A DNA stretch of 64,000 bases from an uncultured Enterobacteriaceae bacterium. GTDB taxonomy: Bacteria; Myxococcota_A; UBA796; SXON01. The notes beneath the pieces are model-generated. The model searched no databases. It had not been told where the DNA came from and saw only the letters and a program-made list of their open reading frames with translations. Positions 16,600-26,300 of the stretch are shown here, in pieces (positions within the stretch are counted from its first letter, which is position 1; every line of letters begins with the position of its first letter). Position numbers and translations under genes: made by a program. Location: contig CAYWGD010000015.1 of NCBI GenBank assembly GCA_964457335.1, forward strand, positions 31,868-95,867, given 5' to 3'.

Positions 16600-19500
16600 G
16601 TGGCCTGGCTCGCCGACCTGCCCCGGCTGGTGGGCCGCCCGCTCGGCGGGCTCGTGGCCGGCGCGGGCCCCTACGCGTTGTCGCGGCTGGGCACGGGCTG
16701 GATCGTCGTCCCGACCCGCGAGGACGCCGACAAGTGGGTGCGCGCGCTCCGCTTCTTCGGCGCCCGCGCCCTGCTCTACCCGGCGGACGACGGCCGGCCC
16801 TGGGACGGCGTGTCCCCCCACCCCGACCTGCCCCGCCAGCGCCTCGTGGCGCGGCTGGCCACCGACGCGCTCGTCGTGGCGCCCGCCAAGGCCCTGCTCC
16901 AGCGCGTGCCCGCGGCGCCCGAGTCGCGCGTGCTCCGCGTCGGCGAGGACCACGACCGCGCCGCGCTCCTCGCCTGGCTGAACGCCCGCGGCTACCTCTC
17001 GACCCAGCGCGTCGAGGAGCCCGGCTGCTGGTCCATCCGCGGCGGCCTGACCGACATCTGGCCGACCGGCGCCGACGCGCCGGTGCGTGTCGAGTGGTTC
17101 GACGAGGAGGTCGCGTCCATCCGGACGTTCGACCCGGCGTCGCAGCGCAGCGGCGCCAAGCGCGACCACGTGCGCGTCCTGCCCGCGCGCGAGGCCGTGC
17201 TCGACGCGGAGACCGCTGAGCGCGCCGCCGCCTACATCCACGCGCTCGGGAGCGAGCGGGAGCTCCCGCCGGGCGAGCGCCGCCGGGTGCTCCAGGACCT
17301 GCGGAACGGCGTCTGGTTCCCCGGCGCCGAGGACTACCTCCCCGCGCTGCTCGACCTCGCGCCGCCCACCCCCGCCGCGCCCCTCTGGATCGTCGAGCCC
17401 GACCTCGTCCGGGTCGAGCTCGCGCGGTTCGAAGAGCTGGTCCGCGCACGCTTCCAGGCGCTCGAGCCCGAAGACCGCCCGCTCGTCCGCCCCTTCGACC
17501 GCTACCTCCCGGCCGCCGAGGCCCGGCTGGAGGGCGGCGTCCCCGTCACCTCGCTCGTCCTGTCGGGCGCGGAGGCGTTCGAGACGCGCGCCACGACCTC
17601 GCTGAAGGTCGGCGCGGGAGACCTGGCGCCCGCGGTCAAGCAGCTCCGGACCTGGGCGGCGCAGGGCCGCCCGGTCACGATCGTCGCCGAGAGCACCGGC
17701 CGCGCCGAGCGCCTGCGCGCGCTCTTCGAGCCGCACGGCGTGCCGCTCCCCACCGGTCGCGCGGGCCCGGGCGAGCTGAGGCTCGTGGTCGGGGACCTCC
17801 CCGAGGGCTTCGCCGCCGAGGAGGCGGTGTTCGTGACGGCCGACGAGCTCTTCGTCGAGCACGTCGAGCGCCGCGAGGGGCCGCGCACCGGCGCGGGGGC
17901 GTTCCGGCGCGCCGCCGTCGCGAGCTTCGCGGGCGTCCGCCCGGGCGACCTCGTGGTGCACGGCCGCCACGGCATCGGGCAGTACCGCGGCCTCGCGCGG
18001 ATGCCGCTCGGCGAGGGCGCCGGCGACTTCGTGATCGTCGAGTACCGCGACGGCGAGAAGCTCTACGTGCCGGTGCACCGGCTCGACCTCTTGACGCCCT
18101 ACCGCTCGGTCGAGGGCGACACGAAGCCGCGGCTCGACCGGCTCGGCGGCGCCACCTGGGAGGCCCGCCGCGCGAAGGTGCGCGACGCCGTGCTCAAGAT
18201 GGCGCACGAGCTCCTCCGGCTCTACGCGCGCCGGAAGATCGCGCGCGCCCAGGCCTTCCGCGGCTCCGACGCCTACTACAGCCAGTTCGAGGAGACCTTC
18301 CCCTTCATCGAGACGCCCGACCAGGAGCGCGCGATCGCGGACGTGCTCGACGACCTCGCCGACGACGAGCCCATGGACCGCCTCCTCGTCGGGGACGTGG
18401 GCTTCGGCAAGACCGAGGTCGCGATGCGCGCGTGCTTCCGCGTGGTCGAGGGGAACGCGCAGGCCATCGTGCTCTGCCCCACGACCGTGCTCGCCTTCCA
18501 GCACGGCGACACGTTCCGGCGGCGCTTCGAGGGCTTCCCCGTCCGCATCGAGGTGCTCTCGCGGTTCCAGGGGGCCGGGGACTCCAAGCGCATCCTCGCG
18601 GACTTCCAGGCCGGGAAGGTGGACATCCTCGTCGCGACCTCCAAGGCGCTCGGCCGCGCGGTGCACGCGCGCAACCTCGGGCTCGTGGTGGTCGACGAGG
18701 AGCACCGCTTCGGGGTCGCGCAGAAGGAGGCGCTCAAGAAGATGGCCACGGGCGTGCACATGCTCGCCATGTCGGCCACGCCGATCCCGCGGACGCTCCA
18801 GATGGCGCTGTCCGGCGTCCGGAAGCTGTCGGTCATGGCGACGCCGCCGGTGGGGCGCCACCAGGTGCGCACGGAGATCGCGCGCTTCTCGGCGGAGCGG
18901 GTTCGGGAGGACATCCTCCACGAGCTGCGGCGCGGCGGGCAGGTGTTCTTCGTCCACAACCGCGTCGAGGACATCGAGGCCATCGCGGAGTGGGTGCGCG
19001 AGGTGGTCCCGGAGGCCACGGTCGGGGTGGGCCACGGCCAGATGCCGGACGAGGCGCTCGAGCGCGTGCTCGTCCAGTTCGTACGCCGCCAGTTCAACGT
19101 GTTCGTCTGCACGACGATCATCGAGAGCGGCGTGGACCTCCCGAACGTGAACACAATGATCGTCGACGACGCCGACAAGCTCGGCCTGGCGCAGCTCTAC
19201 CAGCTCCGCGGGCGCATCGGCCGCGGCACGCAGCGGGCGCTGTGCACGCTGCTCGTGCGCGGCGTGGGCGAGCTGCGTCGCGACGCCATGGCGCGCCTGC
19301 GGGTGCTGCAGGAGAACACCGAGCTCGGGAGCGGCTTCGCGCTCGCGTCGAACGACCTCGAGCTGCGCGGCGGCGGGGAGCTCCTCGGCGACCGGCAGCA
19401 CGGCCACATCGCGGCCATCGGCTTCGACGCCTACCTGGAGCTCCTGGAGGAGGCGGTCGCGGAGGCCAGGGGCGAGGCCTCGCGGCGCCAGCTCGAGCCC

Positions 19501-19968
19501 GAGATCGAGGTCGCCGCGCCGTCGTGGATCCCGGAGGACTACGTCCCCGACCTGCCGGAGCGCCTCGAGACCTACCAGCGCCTCGCCCGCGCGCGCACCC
19601 GCGAGGACGTCCGCGGCGTCGTGGACGCGATGGAGGACCGCTACGGGGCGCCGCCTCCCGAGGTCGTGAACCTCGGCTGGCTCTCCGAGAGCCGCGTCCG
19701 CTGCCGCGAGCTCGGGATCGAGCACGTCGCCTTCCTCAAGGTGCGGCTCGTCGTGCGCATGCACGCCCCGACCCAGGTGAACCCGCGCACGGTCGAGCGC
19801 CTCCTGGCCGCGGAGCCGGCCCGCTTCCGGCGGCTCGGGGAGCGCGAGATCGAGGTGCGCTTCACCCCCGAGGAGGGCGCCCACCCGTTCCGCGTGCTCG
19901 AGTGGGTGCTCCAGCGCCTGTCGGAACGGCCCGAGGGCGAGCCGGACACGCGCGCGCGACGCCGCTGA
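16600..19968 (+). CDS. mfd: transcription-repair coupling factor
   Basis: 1122 aa with 'GDVGFGKTEVAMRA' (Walker A), 'VVDEEHRFGV' (DEEH), 'SATPIPRTL' and 'QLYQLRGRIGRG', plus a UvrB-like N-terminus. Confidence 0.95.
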   Translation: MAWLADLPRLVGRPLGGLVAGAGPYALSRLGTGWIVVPTREDADKWVRALRFFGARALLYPADDGRPWDGVSPHPDLPRQRLVARLATDALVVAPAKALLQRVPAAPESRVLRVGEDHDRAALLAWLNARGYLSTQRVEEPGCWSIRGGLTDIWPTGADAPVRVEWFDEEVASIRTFDPASQRSGAKRDHVRVLPAREAVLDAETAERAAAYIHALGSERELPPGERRRVLQDLRNGVWFPGAEDYLPALLDLAPPTPAAPLWIVEPDLVRVELARFEELVRARFQALEPEDRPLVRPFDRYLPAAEARLEGGVPVTSLVLSGAEAFETRATTSLKVGAGDLAPAVKQLRTWAAQGRPVTIVAESTGRAERLRALFEPHGVPLPTGRAGPGELRLVVGDLPEGFAAEEAVFVTADELFVEHVERREGPRTGAGAFRRAAVASFAGVRPGDLVVHGRHGIGQYRGLARMPLGEGAGDFVIVEYRDGEKLYVPVHRLDLLTPYRSVEGDTKPRLDRLGGATWEARRAKVRDAVLKMAHELLRLYARRKIARAQAFRGSDAYYSQFEETFPFIETPDQERAIADVLDDLADDEPMDRLLVGDVGFGKTEVAMRACFRVVEGNAQAIVLCPTTVLAFQHGDTFRRRFEGFPVRIEVLSRFQGAGDSKRILADFQAGKVDILVATSKALGRAVHARNLGLVVVDEEHRFGVAQKEALKKMATGVHMLAMSATPIPRTLQMALSGVRKLSVMATPPVGRHQVRTEIARFSAERVREDILHELRRGGQVFFVHNRVEDIEAIAEWVREVVPEATVGVGHGQMPDEALERVLVQFVRRQFNVFVCTTIIESGVDLPNVNTMIVDDADKLGLAQLYQLRGRIGRGTQRALCTLLVRGVGELRRDAMARLRVLQENTELGSGFALASNDLELRGGGELLGDRQHGHIAAIGFDAYLELLEEAVAEARGEASRRQLEPEIEVAAPSWIPEDYVPDLPERLETYQRLARARTREDVRGVVDAMEDRYGAPPPEVVNLGWLSESRVRCRELGIEHVAFLKVRLVVRMHAPTQVNPRTVERLLAAEPARFRRLGEREIEVRFTPEEGAHPFRVLEWVLQRLSERPEGEPDTRARRR

Positions 19969-20212
19969 CCGGAGTCGCGGGCGAACGGTGCGCGTCGAAA
20001 CACCCGGATCGCTGTCCCACGCGCGTGCCGCCGCCACGTTCCGAGCATTCTCGGAAAAAAGTCGACCGAGGGCTTGATCCCGCGGCGTTCCCGAGAGACT
20101 CTTGCTGGGCTGACGCTCCCCGGAGGCCCCCCCGGGAAAGCGGGATCGTCGGTACCTGGCCGAACGCGTGCCTTCCACGTTCGGTTTCGGAACCTCACCA
20201 CGGAGTACGACC

Positions 20213-20656
20213 ATGCCCACCGAAGAGCTCTTCGGCGCCTACAACTTCCTCCTGGAAGTCCAGGGGATCATCAACGACAACAAGATCATCGTCGGCGGCT
20301 TCAAGAGCATGTCCGGCATGGACTCGGAGACGGAGATCGTCGAGTTCAAGCAGGGCAACGACACCGTCGTCCGCAAGAAGCCGGGCCGCACCACCTACGC
20401 GAACATCGTCCTCGAGCGCGGCTACACCGCGACCGACGACCTCTGGCAGTGGCGCCAGAACATCGAGAACGGCAAGATCGACCGCCGCTCCGGCTCGATC
20501 ATCATCCTCGATCAGGACGGCCAGACCGAGGTCGCCCGCTACAACTTCTACGAAGCCTGGCCGTGCAAGTGGTACGTGCCGGACATGAACGCCGACTCCT
20601 CCGCGATGGCGATCGAGAAGATCGAGTTCGCGGTCGAGAAGATCGAGCGCGGCTAG
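20213..20656 (+). CDS. contractile-tail tube protein homologue (T4 gp19 / Afp1 / Pvc1-like), stand-alone
   Basis: 147 aa. 'FGAYNFLLEVQGI...VGGFKSMSGMDSETEIVEFKQGND...KKPGRTTYANIVLERGY...LWQWRQ...YNFYEAWPCKW' matches the conserved phage tail-region/tube family pattern. ATG 20213 has GGAG 7 nt upstream; the track ORF starts at GTG 20168. Confidence 0.7.
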   Translation: MPTEELFGAYNFLLEVQGIINDNKIIVGGFKSMSGMDSETEIVEFKQGNDTVVRKKPGRTTYANIVLERGYTATDDLWQWRQNIENGKIDRRSGSIIILDQDGQTEVARYNFYEAWPCKWYVPDMNADSSAMAIEKIEFAVEKIERG

Positions 20657-20687
20657 TCCGACCGACCGCCGGGTCCGCCCGGTGACG

Positions 20688-20730
20688 AGGCCCCGATCGT
20701 GGCGACACGGTCGGGGCCTTCGTCGTTTTC
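20688..20730 (+). terminator. rho-independent terminator-like hairpin after the tube gene
   Basis: 'AGGCCCCGATCGTG-gcga-CACGGTCGGGGCCT' forms a roughly 14-bp stem with one mismatch. It is followed by 'tcgtcgTTTTcc', an unusual T-run in this GC-rich DNA. Confidence 0.6.
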
Positions 20731-20831
20731 CGAGCCGGGGGCCTGGTTCCCCCTCCCGGTGGTGCAGGGGCGTCGCGAGCCAGGTCGGACCGTCGGCGGC
20801 CCGCAGCGAGGCGGCCTCGACGCCGGGCGCG

Positions 20832-22085
20832 CTACGCGACGCCCTCGAACACGGCCGTGGGCGCGTCCACCTCGCAGCTCCGCTCCTGGTCGGCCGCGAC
20901 CTCCTTCAGCGCCCCGAGGAGCGCCGAAAACGTCGTGTCGAGCGGGAGGGTGAACGCGCCGACGCGCTCGCCGCGCTCGACGAGCAGGACCGGCACGCCG
21001 CCGTGGATGCGGCCCGTCGCGAGGTCCACGGGCGGGAGCCGGTCGAGGAGCAGGTAGGAGCCGAGCTCCGCGAGGATGACGTTGCGCGTGCGCGCGCCCG
21101 GCCGGACGATGAGGTTCGACGCGGCAAGTCGCCCGTCCGTCACGTGGCCGGTCGGGCGCAGGCCCGCGGCGCGCGCGCTCTCGGGGTCGTGGTAGAAGCC
21201 GTGCACCACGCCCTCCTTCAGGAGCGTCACCGCGATGGGCGGGACGCCGCGATCGTCGAAGGCCCGGGTGTGGAGCCCGCCGAAGAGCCCGGCGTCGTCG
21301 GTGAGGTGGAGGACGCTGGCGGCGAGCCGCTTCCCGACGAGGGGGCCGACGAAGTTCGCCGCGGCGCCACGCGGCGCGACGAACGCGGGCGCGAGCGCGC
21401 GGACGAGCTCCGCCACGACGCGCGGCTCCAGCACGAGCGGCAGGCGCGTGGTGGGCGGCGCGACCGAGCGGGTGAGCGGCTCGAGGCGCCGGCGCAGCTC
21501 CGGCCCGAACGGGAGGCTCGCCACGTCGGAGAAGTGGCGCGACGCGATGCGGTGCCCGCCTTCCACCTCGCCGTTCACGGCGGTCGCGGTGAGCTCGTAG
21601 AGCGTGGCGCCGTCGGCGGCCTCGACGCCGCGCGTGCTCATCCACGCACGCTCCTCCCGCCACTGGCGGTACCGCAGCGAGCGCGTGCGGAAGCCGCCCT
21701 GCGAGAGCGCCTTCTCCGCCATCTGGAGGATCTCGACGCGATCGTCCTCGGCGATGTTCGGGTGCCGGTGGTCGTCGATGCCGAGCGCGCCGGTGCGGAT
21801 GGCCATGCGGTCGGCGGGGCCGGCGACGGGGTCGGCGGGCGCGTCCGCGGAGAGCGCGAGCGCGCGGGCCACGGCGTCCCCTGCCTGCGGCGCGGTCGCG
21901 GTGCCGGGGCGGCCGCCCTCCCGCCACACCCGCACGGTCCAGGCGAGCTCCTCGCGCTGCACCGGGGCCTGCCGCGAGCCGACCTGCTCGAGCGACACGC
22001 GCCGGACGCGCAGGACCTCCGCGGCCTTGCCGCCGCCTTCCCGCACCTGCTCGAGCACCGCAACCAACCGCGCGCGATCGTCCAT
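20832..22085 (-). CDS. PmbA/TldD-family metalloprotease-like protein
   Basis: 417 aa starting at 'MDDRARLVAVLEQV'. The overall pattern includes 'FDDRGVP', 'LLKEGVV' and 'SNLIVRPG'. The track ORF's 5' extension to 22589 overlaps the neighbouring gene's antisense. Confidence 0.65.
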   Translation of the reverse strand: MDDRARLVAVLEQVREGGGKAAEVLRVRRVSLEQVGSRQAPVQREELAWTVRVWREGGRPGTATAPQAGDAVARALALSADAPADPVAGPADRMAIRTGALGIDDHRHPNIAEDDRVEILQMAEKALSQGGFRTRSLRYRQWREERAWMSTRGVEAADGATLYELTATAVNGEVEGGHRIASRHFSDVASLPFGPELRRRLEPLTRSVAPPTTRLPLVLEPRVVAELVRALAPAFVAPRGAAANFVGPLVGKRLAASVLHLTDDAGLFGGLHTRAFDDRGVPPIAVTLLKEGVVHGFYHDPESARAAGLRPTGHVTDGRLAASNLIVRPGARTRNVILAELGSYLLLDRLPPVDLATGRIHGGVPVLLVERGERVGAFTLPLDTTFSALLGALKEVAADQERSCEVDAPTAVFEGVA

Positions 22086-22194
22086 TTCTGCCTCCGGCCG
22101 GGGCTCCACCGACCCGCGGGCAAGGATAGCCCCGCCTCGGGCCGCGCGCGCGCCCTCTTCGGCGGGCCCGCGCGGATGCCGGTTAGGTCGTCGC

Positions 22195-23094
22195 ATGCGG
22201 CTCGTCCTCCTGCTCCTCGGTTGCTCGCCCGGCGGCGAGGCCCCCTCCACCACCCCGGCGGCCAAGGCCGCGCCGGCCCAGGCCGCCGTCGCGACCACGC
22301 CGACCCCGCCGCCGGAGGGACACCCCGCCCCCGCGCGCCTCGTCGCGGTCGGGGATCTACACGGTGACCCCGAGGCCGCCCTCGCGGTCTTCCGGCTCGC
22401 CGGGCTCGTGAACGAGGCCGGCGCCTGGTCCGGCGGCGCCGCCTGGCTCGTGCAGACCGGCGACATCACCGACCGCGGGCCCGACTCCAAGGGCGTCATC
22501 GCGCTGCTCCGGCGCCTCTCCGACGAGGCGAGCGCCGCCGGCGGCCGCGTCGTCCCCCTCCTCGGGAACCACGAGGTCATGAACCTCACCGGCGACTGGC
22601 GCTACGTGAGCCCCGAGGACCTCGCCGGCTACGGCGGCGAGGCGGCGCGGAAGGCCGCGTACACCCCGACCGGGGAGGACGGGCGCTGGCTCGTGGAGCG
22701 CGATGCCGTGGCCCGCGTGGGCGACACCGTGTTCGCGCACGGCGGGGTCGACGCCCGGTGGGCGCGCGTGGGCGTGCGGGGGCTCAACGCCTCGGTCCGC
22801 GCCGCGGTGCTCGGCCAGGGCCCGAAGGACGTGCTCGGGCCCGACGGCCCGCTGTGGAACCGCGCCTACCTGCTCGCCGACCCGGTGGTCGCGTGCGAGG
22901 AGCTCGGCCGCGCCCTCACCGAGCTCGGCGCCGCGCGGATGGTGGTCGGGCACACCACCCAGGACTCCGGCCGCATCGCGGAGCGGTGCGGCGGGCAGCT
23001 CTGGGGGATCGACACGGGCATCTCCGCCCACTACGGCCGCAACCTCGCGGCCCTCGAGATCCGGGGCGGCGTCGCGACGCCGATCTACCCGTGA
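22195..23094 (+). CDS. calcineurin-like metallophosphoesterase lipoprotein
   Basis: Lipobox 'LLLLGC'. The PPP-type motifs 'GDLHGD', 'GDITDRG', 'GNHE' and 'VVGHT' appear in order. Confidence 0.8.
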   Translation: MRLVLLLLGCSPGGEAPSTTPAAKAAPAQAAVATTPTPPPEGHPAPARLVAVGDLHGDPEAALAVFRLAGLVNEAGAWSGGAAWLVQTGDITDRGPDSKGVIALLRRLSDEASAAGGRVVPLLGNHEVMNLTGDWRYVSPEDLAGYGGEAARKAAYTPTGEDGRWLVERDAVARVGDTVFAHGGVDARWARVGVRGLNASVRAAVLGQGPKDVLGPDGPLWNRAYLLADPVVACEELGRALTELGAARMVVGHTTQDSGRIAERCGGQLWGIDTGISAHYGRNLAALEIRGGVATPIYP

Positions 23095-23161
23095 GCACCC
23101 CGCGGGCGCTCGTCGGGAGCCGCGGCGGGGCGCCACCCGCCCGGCAAGGGGTGCGTAAGGC

Positions 23162-23183
23162 GCAGTGAACGGCGATTCACTGC
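23162..23183 (+). terminator. possible terminator hairpin
   Basis: 'GCAGTGAA-cggcga-TTCACTGC' is an 8-bp perfect stem followed by 'gTTTc', about 70 nt after the phosphoesterase stop. The U-tail is weak. Confidence 0.3.
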
Positions 23184-23389
23184 GTTTCAGGCCGATCGCG
23201 CGCGTGTTTTCGTGTCGCGCGGCGTCCCCGCTTCCATCAGGCAAGGCGCCCAACCGTGCACCCATGATCTCGCGACGTTGACGTGGTTGACCTGTCCGCC
23301 CGCAAGGGCCTGAAATAAGCTGCCGCCCTTCGCGCTCGGCGACCGTTCGCCCCGCCGTAGGCCACCGTCCTCCCCTCCCGAGGTCCTCG

Positions 23390-26300
23390 ATGCCGAACCA
23401 TCCGCAACGTGAAGTGATCCTCTTGCGCATCAACGCCGCCGTGCGCGCGCTCTCCGCCACCCTCCCCCCCGAGGAGGCCGAGCGCTTCGTGGTGTTCGGG
23501 CAGGCCGCCCTGGGCCTGTCGCGCACGGCGAGCTTCACCGAGGTCGCGCCGGACGAGGCCGCACGGCAGCTGTTGGACACGTGGCGCTTCTTCGCGGGCG
23601 TGAAGAGCGACGGGCCGAACGTCCGCGTGACGACGGCCGACGGCGGCGTGCGAGTGCTCTCCGCGATGGTCGATCAGCCCTTCATCGTCGACACCATCCG
23701 CCTCGCGCTCCGCGCGGCCGGGGCCCAGCAGGTGACGGGCTTCAACATCGTGATCCGGGTGAACCGGAACGACAAGGTGACGGTCGCGGGCGAAGGCGAG
23801 GGCCGCGCCGAGTCCCTCGTCTGCTTCGAGGCGCTGGGCATCGACCCCGCGACCGCCCCCGCGCTCCAGGCCGACATCACCGAGCGCCTCAGCATCGCCC
23901 GGTCGATGGTGGCCGACTTCGACGCGATGTGCAGCCGGGTGGAGGCCACCGCCGAGGCCGCGTTCGACGCCGACGGTGAGGACGGCATCGAGACCGCCGA
24001 GCTCCTCCGCTGGCTGCTCTCCGACAACTTCGTGTTCATGGGCGTGAGCGGCGGCCCCGGCGAGGACGTGCGCCTCGGTGCCGACCGCCTCGGCGACACG
24101 CGCCTCTGGCCGGCCGCCGCGCTCGTCGCGAGCGACCGCCTCGTCAACATCCAGAAGGGCGCCGTCGACGCGCCGGTGCACCGCCAGGGTCGCGTCGACG
24201 AGATCCGCATCACGCTCCCCACGGGCCCCGTCGTGATCCGCGGCGTGTTCACGCACCGCGCGCTCACCCAGCCCTGCCGCCACCTCCCGATCCTCCGCCG
24301 CGTGCTCGCCTCCGTGCTCGCCGAGACCCGTCAGCGGCCGAACTCCTACCGCTACCGCGGCCTCGCGAACATCTTCGACTCGCTGCCGACCGAGTGGCTC
24401 TTCTCCGCCGACCCGGCGCAGATCCGCGACGTGCTCGACCGCGTGTTCGACGCCGAGCAGGACCAGTCGGCCCGCGTGCACGTCACGCAGGAGAACGCCG
24501 GGCAGACGACGTTCACCCTCTTCGCGATCCCCGAGCGCCGCTACTCGGACTCGGTGCGCACGCGCATCCTCGCGTTCCTCCAGGACCTCACCGGCGCGAG
24601 CTACTCCGACAGCGGGCTCTTCGCCGGGCGCTTCGAGACCGTCCTGCTCCAGGTCTACCAGACCGGCACGCGCGCGCTGGGCACCGCCGACCGCGAGCGG
24701 CTCCAGCAGGTCCTCTCCGAGCTCACCGTGCCGTGGGCCGAGCGCGTCAGCGGCGCGCTCTCCGCGCGCTTCGGCGAGGCGGCCCCCACGCTGCTCGCAC
24801 GGTATTCGAGCGCCTTCCCCGGTGAGTACGCCGAGAAGGCGAGCGCCGAGCAGTCCGTCACCGACATCGCGTTCCTCGAGGCGGTGCGCAGCACCGGCCG
24901 CGTGCAGGCGCGCGTCTCCGTCGACGGCGAGGACGTCGTCCTCCGCGTCTACGAGATGCACGACATCCTGCTGACCGATCTCATGCCCGTCATCGACAAC
25001 TTCGGGCTCGTGATCAGCGACGGCGTCGCCATCCCCGTGCACCCGAAGGGGCTCGCGCCGCAGCACATCGACATCTTCCGCATCGCGTCGGTGCCCGGCA
25101 TCACGCGGGCGCAGCTCCTGGAGCGCGCCGACCGCCTCGTGGCCGGGCTGGAGGCCGTGTTCCAGAAGCACATGACCTCCGACCCCTACAACCGGCTCGT
25201 GCTGCGCGCCGGCCTGTCCTGGGAGGAGGTCGATCTCGTCCGCGCCTACTTCGGCTACGCCCGCCAGATCGGGCTCCGGTACGCCGCGGTGCGGGTGCAG
25301 GACATCCTGCTCAACCAGCCCGAGTGCGTCGCGACGATCATCGCGCTCTTCCACGCGAAGTTCGATCCGGACCTGAAGGGGGACCGCGCGACCGCCATCG
25401 CCGCCGCCGAGGATCGCCTCAACGACCTGCTCCGCCAGATCAAGACGAACGACGACGACTTCGTCATGCGTCGCCTCGTCAACCTCGTCGAGTCCACGCT
25501 CCGCACGAACTTCTACCGGACCGACCGCGTCGCCCACTACATCAGCTTCAAGATCGACCACGCGAAGGCGAAGGACCTCCCGCTCCCGCGGATGATGTTC
25601 GAGATCTACGTGCACCACCGCGAGATGGAGGGCGTGCACCTCCGCGGCGGGCCGATCGCCCGCGGCGGCATCCGCTTCTCCGACCGCGCCGACTTCCGCA
25701 CGGAGATCCTCGGCCTCGTCACCACCCAGATGGTGAAGAACGTCGTCATCGTGCCGGAAGGGAGCAAGGGCGGCTTCTACATCAAGTACACGATCAGCGA
25801 CCCGGCCGAGCGCCGCCGCAAGGGCGACGAGCTCTACCAGTTCCTGATGCGCGGCATGCTCGACGTGACCGACAACATCGTGGAGGGCAAGGTGGTCCGG
25901 CCCCCGCGCGTGGTCGCCCACGACCCGGACGACCCCTACCTCGTCGTCGCGGCCGACAAGGGCACGGCGCACCTCTCCGACACCGCCAACAAGATCAGCC
26001 TCCAGTACGGCTTCTGGCTCGGCGACGCCTTCGCCTCCGGCGGGTCGAACGGCTACGACCACAAGAAGGTCGGCATCACGGCGCGTGGCGCCTGGGTGCT
26101 GGTGAAGCGGCACTTCCGCGAGATGGGGCTCGACGCGGACAAGGACCTCTTCACCTGCGTGGGCGTCGGCGACTGCGCCGGCGACGTGTTCGGCAACGGC
26201 GTGATCGAGACGCGGAAGATGCGGCTCCTGGGCGCCTTCAACCACGTCCACATCTTCCTCGACCCGAACCCGGACCCCGAGTCCTCCTACGAGGAGCGCC

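Noticed and set aside
16483-20220. A 1245-aa minus-strand ORF across mfd.
   Set aside because: It is the exact mirror frame of mfd (16600 and 20220 share triplet phase), has no recognisable motifs, and overlaps a gene with full Mfd helicase motifs.
19969-22085. A possible prophage or eCIS island around the tail-tube homologue.
   Set aside because: No integrase, terminase, capsid, sheath, baseplate, att-like repeats or tRNA is present. The flanking genes (mfd, PmbA-like) are ordinary chromosomal genes. Only a single tube-like gene is supported.
23276-23330. The direct repeat 'TTGACgtggTTGACC' upstream of gdh, considered as a sigma-70 -35 box with 'TGAAAT' as -10.
   Set aside because: The -10 match is poor and spacing depends on which TTGAC is used. 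Without transcription start data this cannot be supported as a feature.
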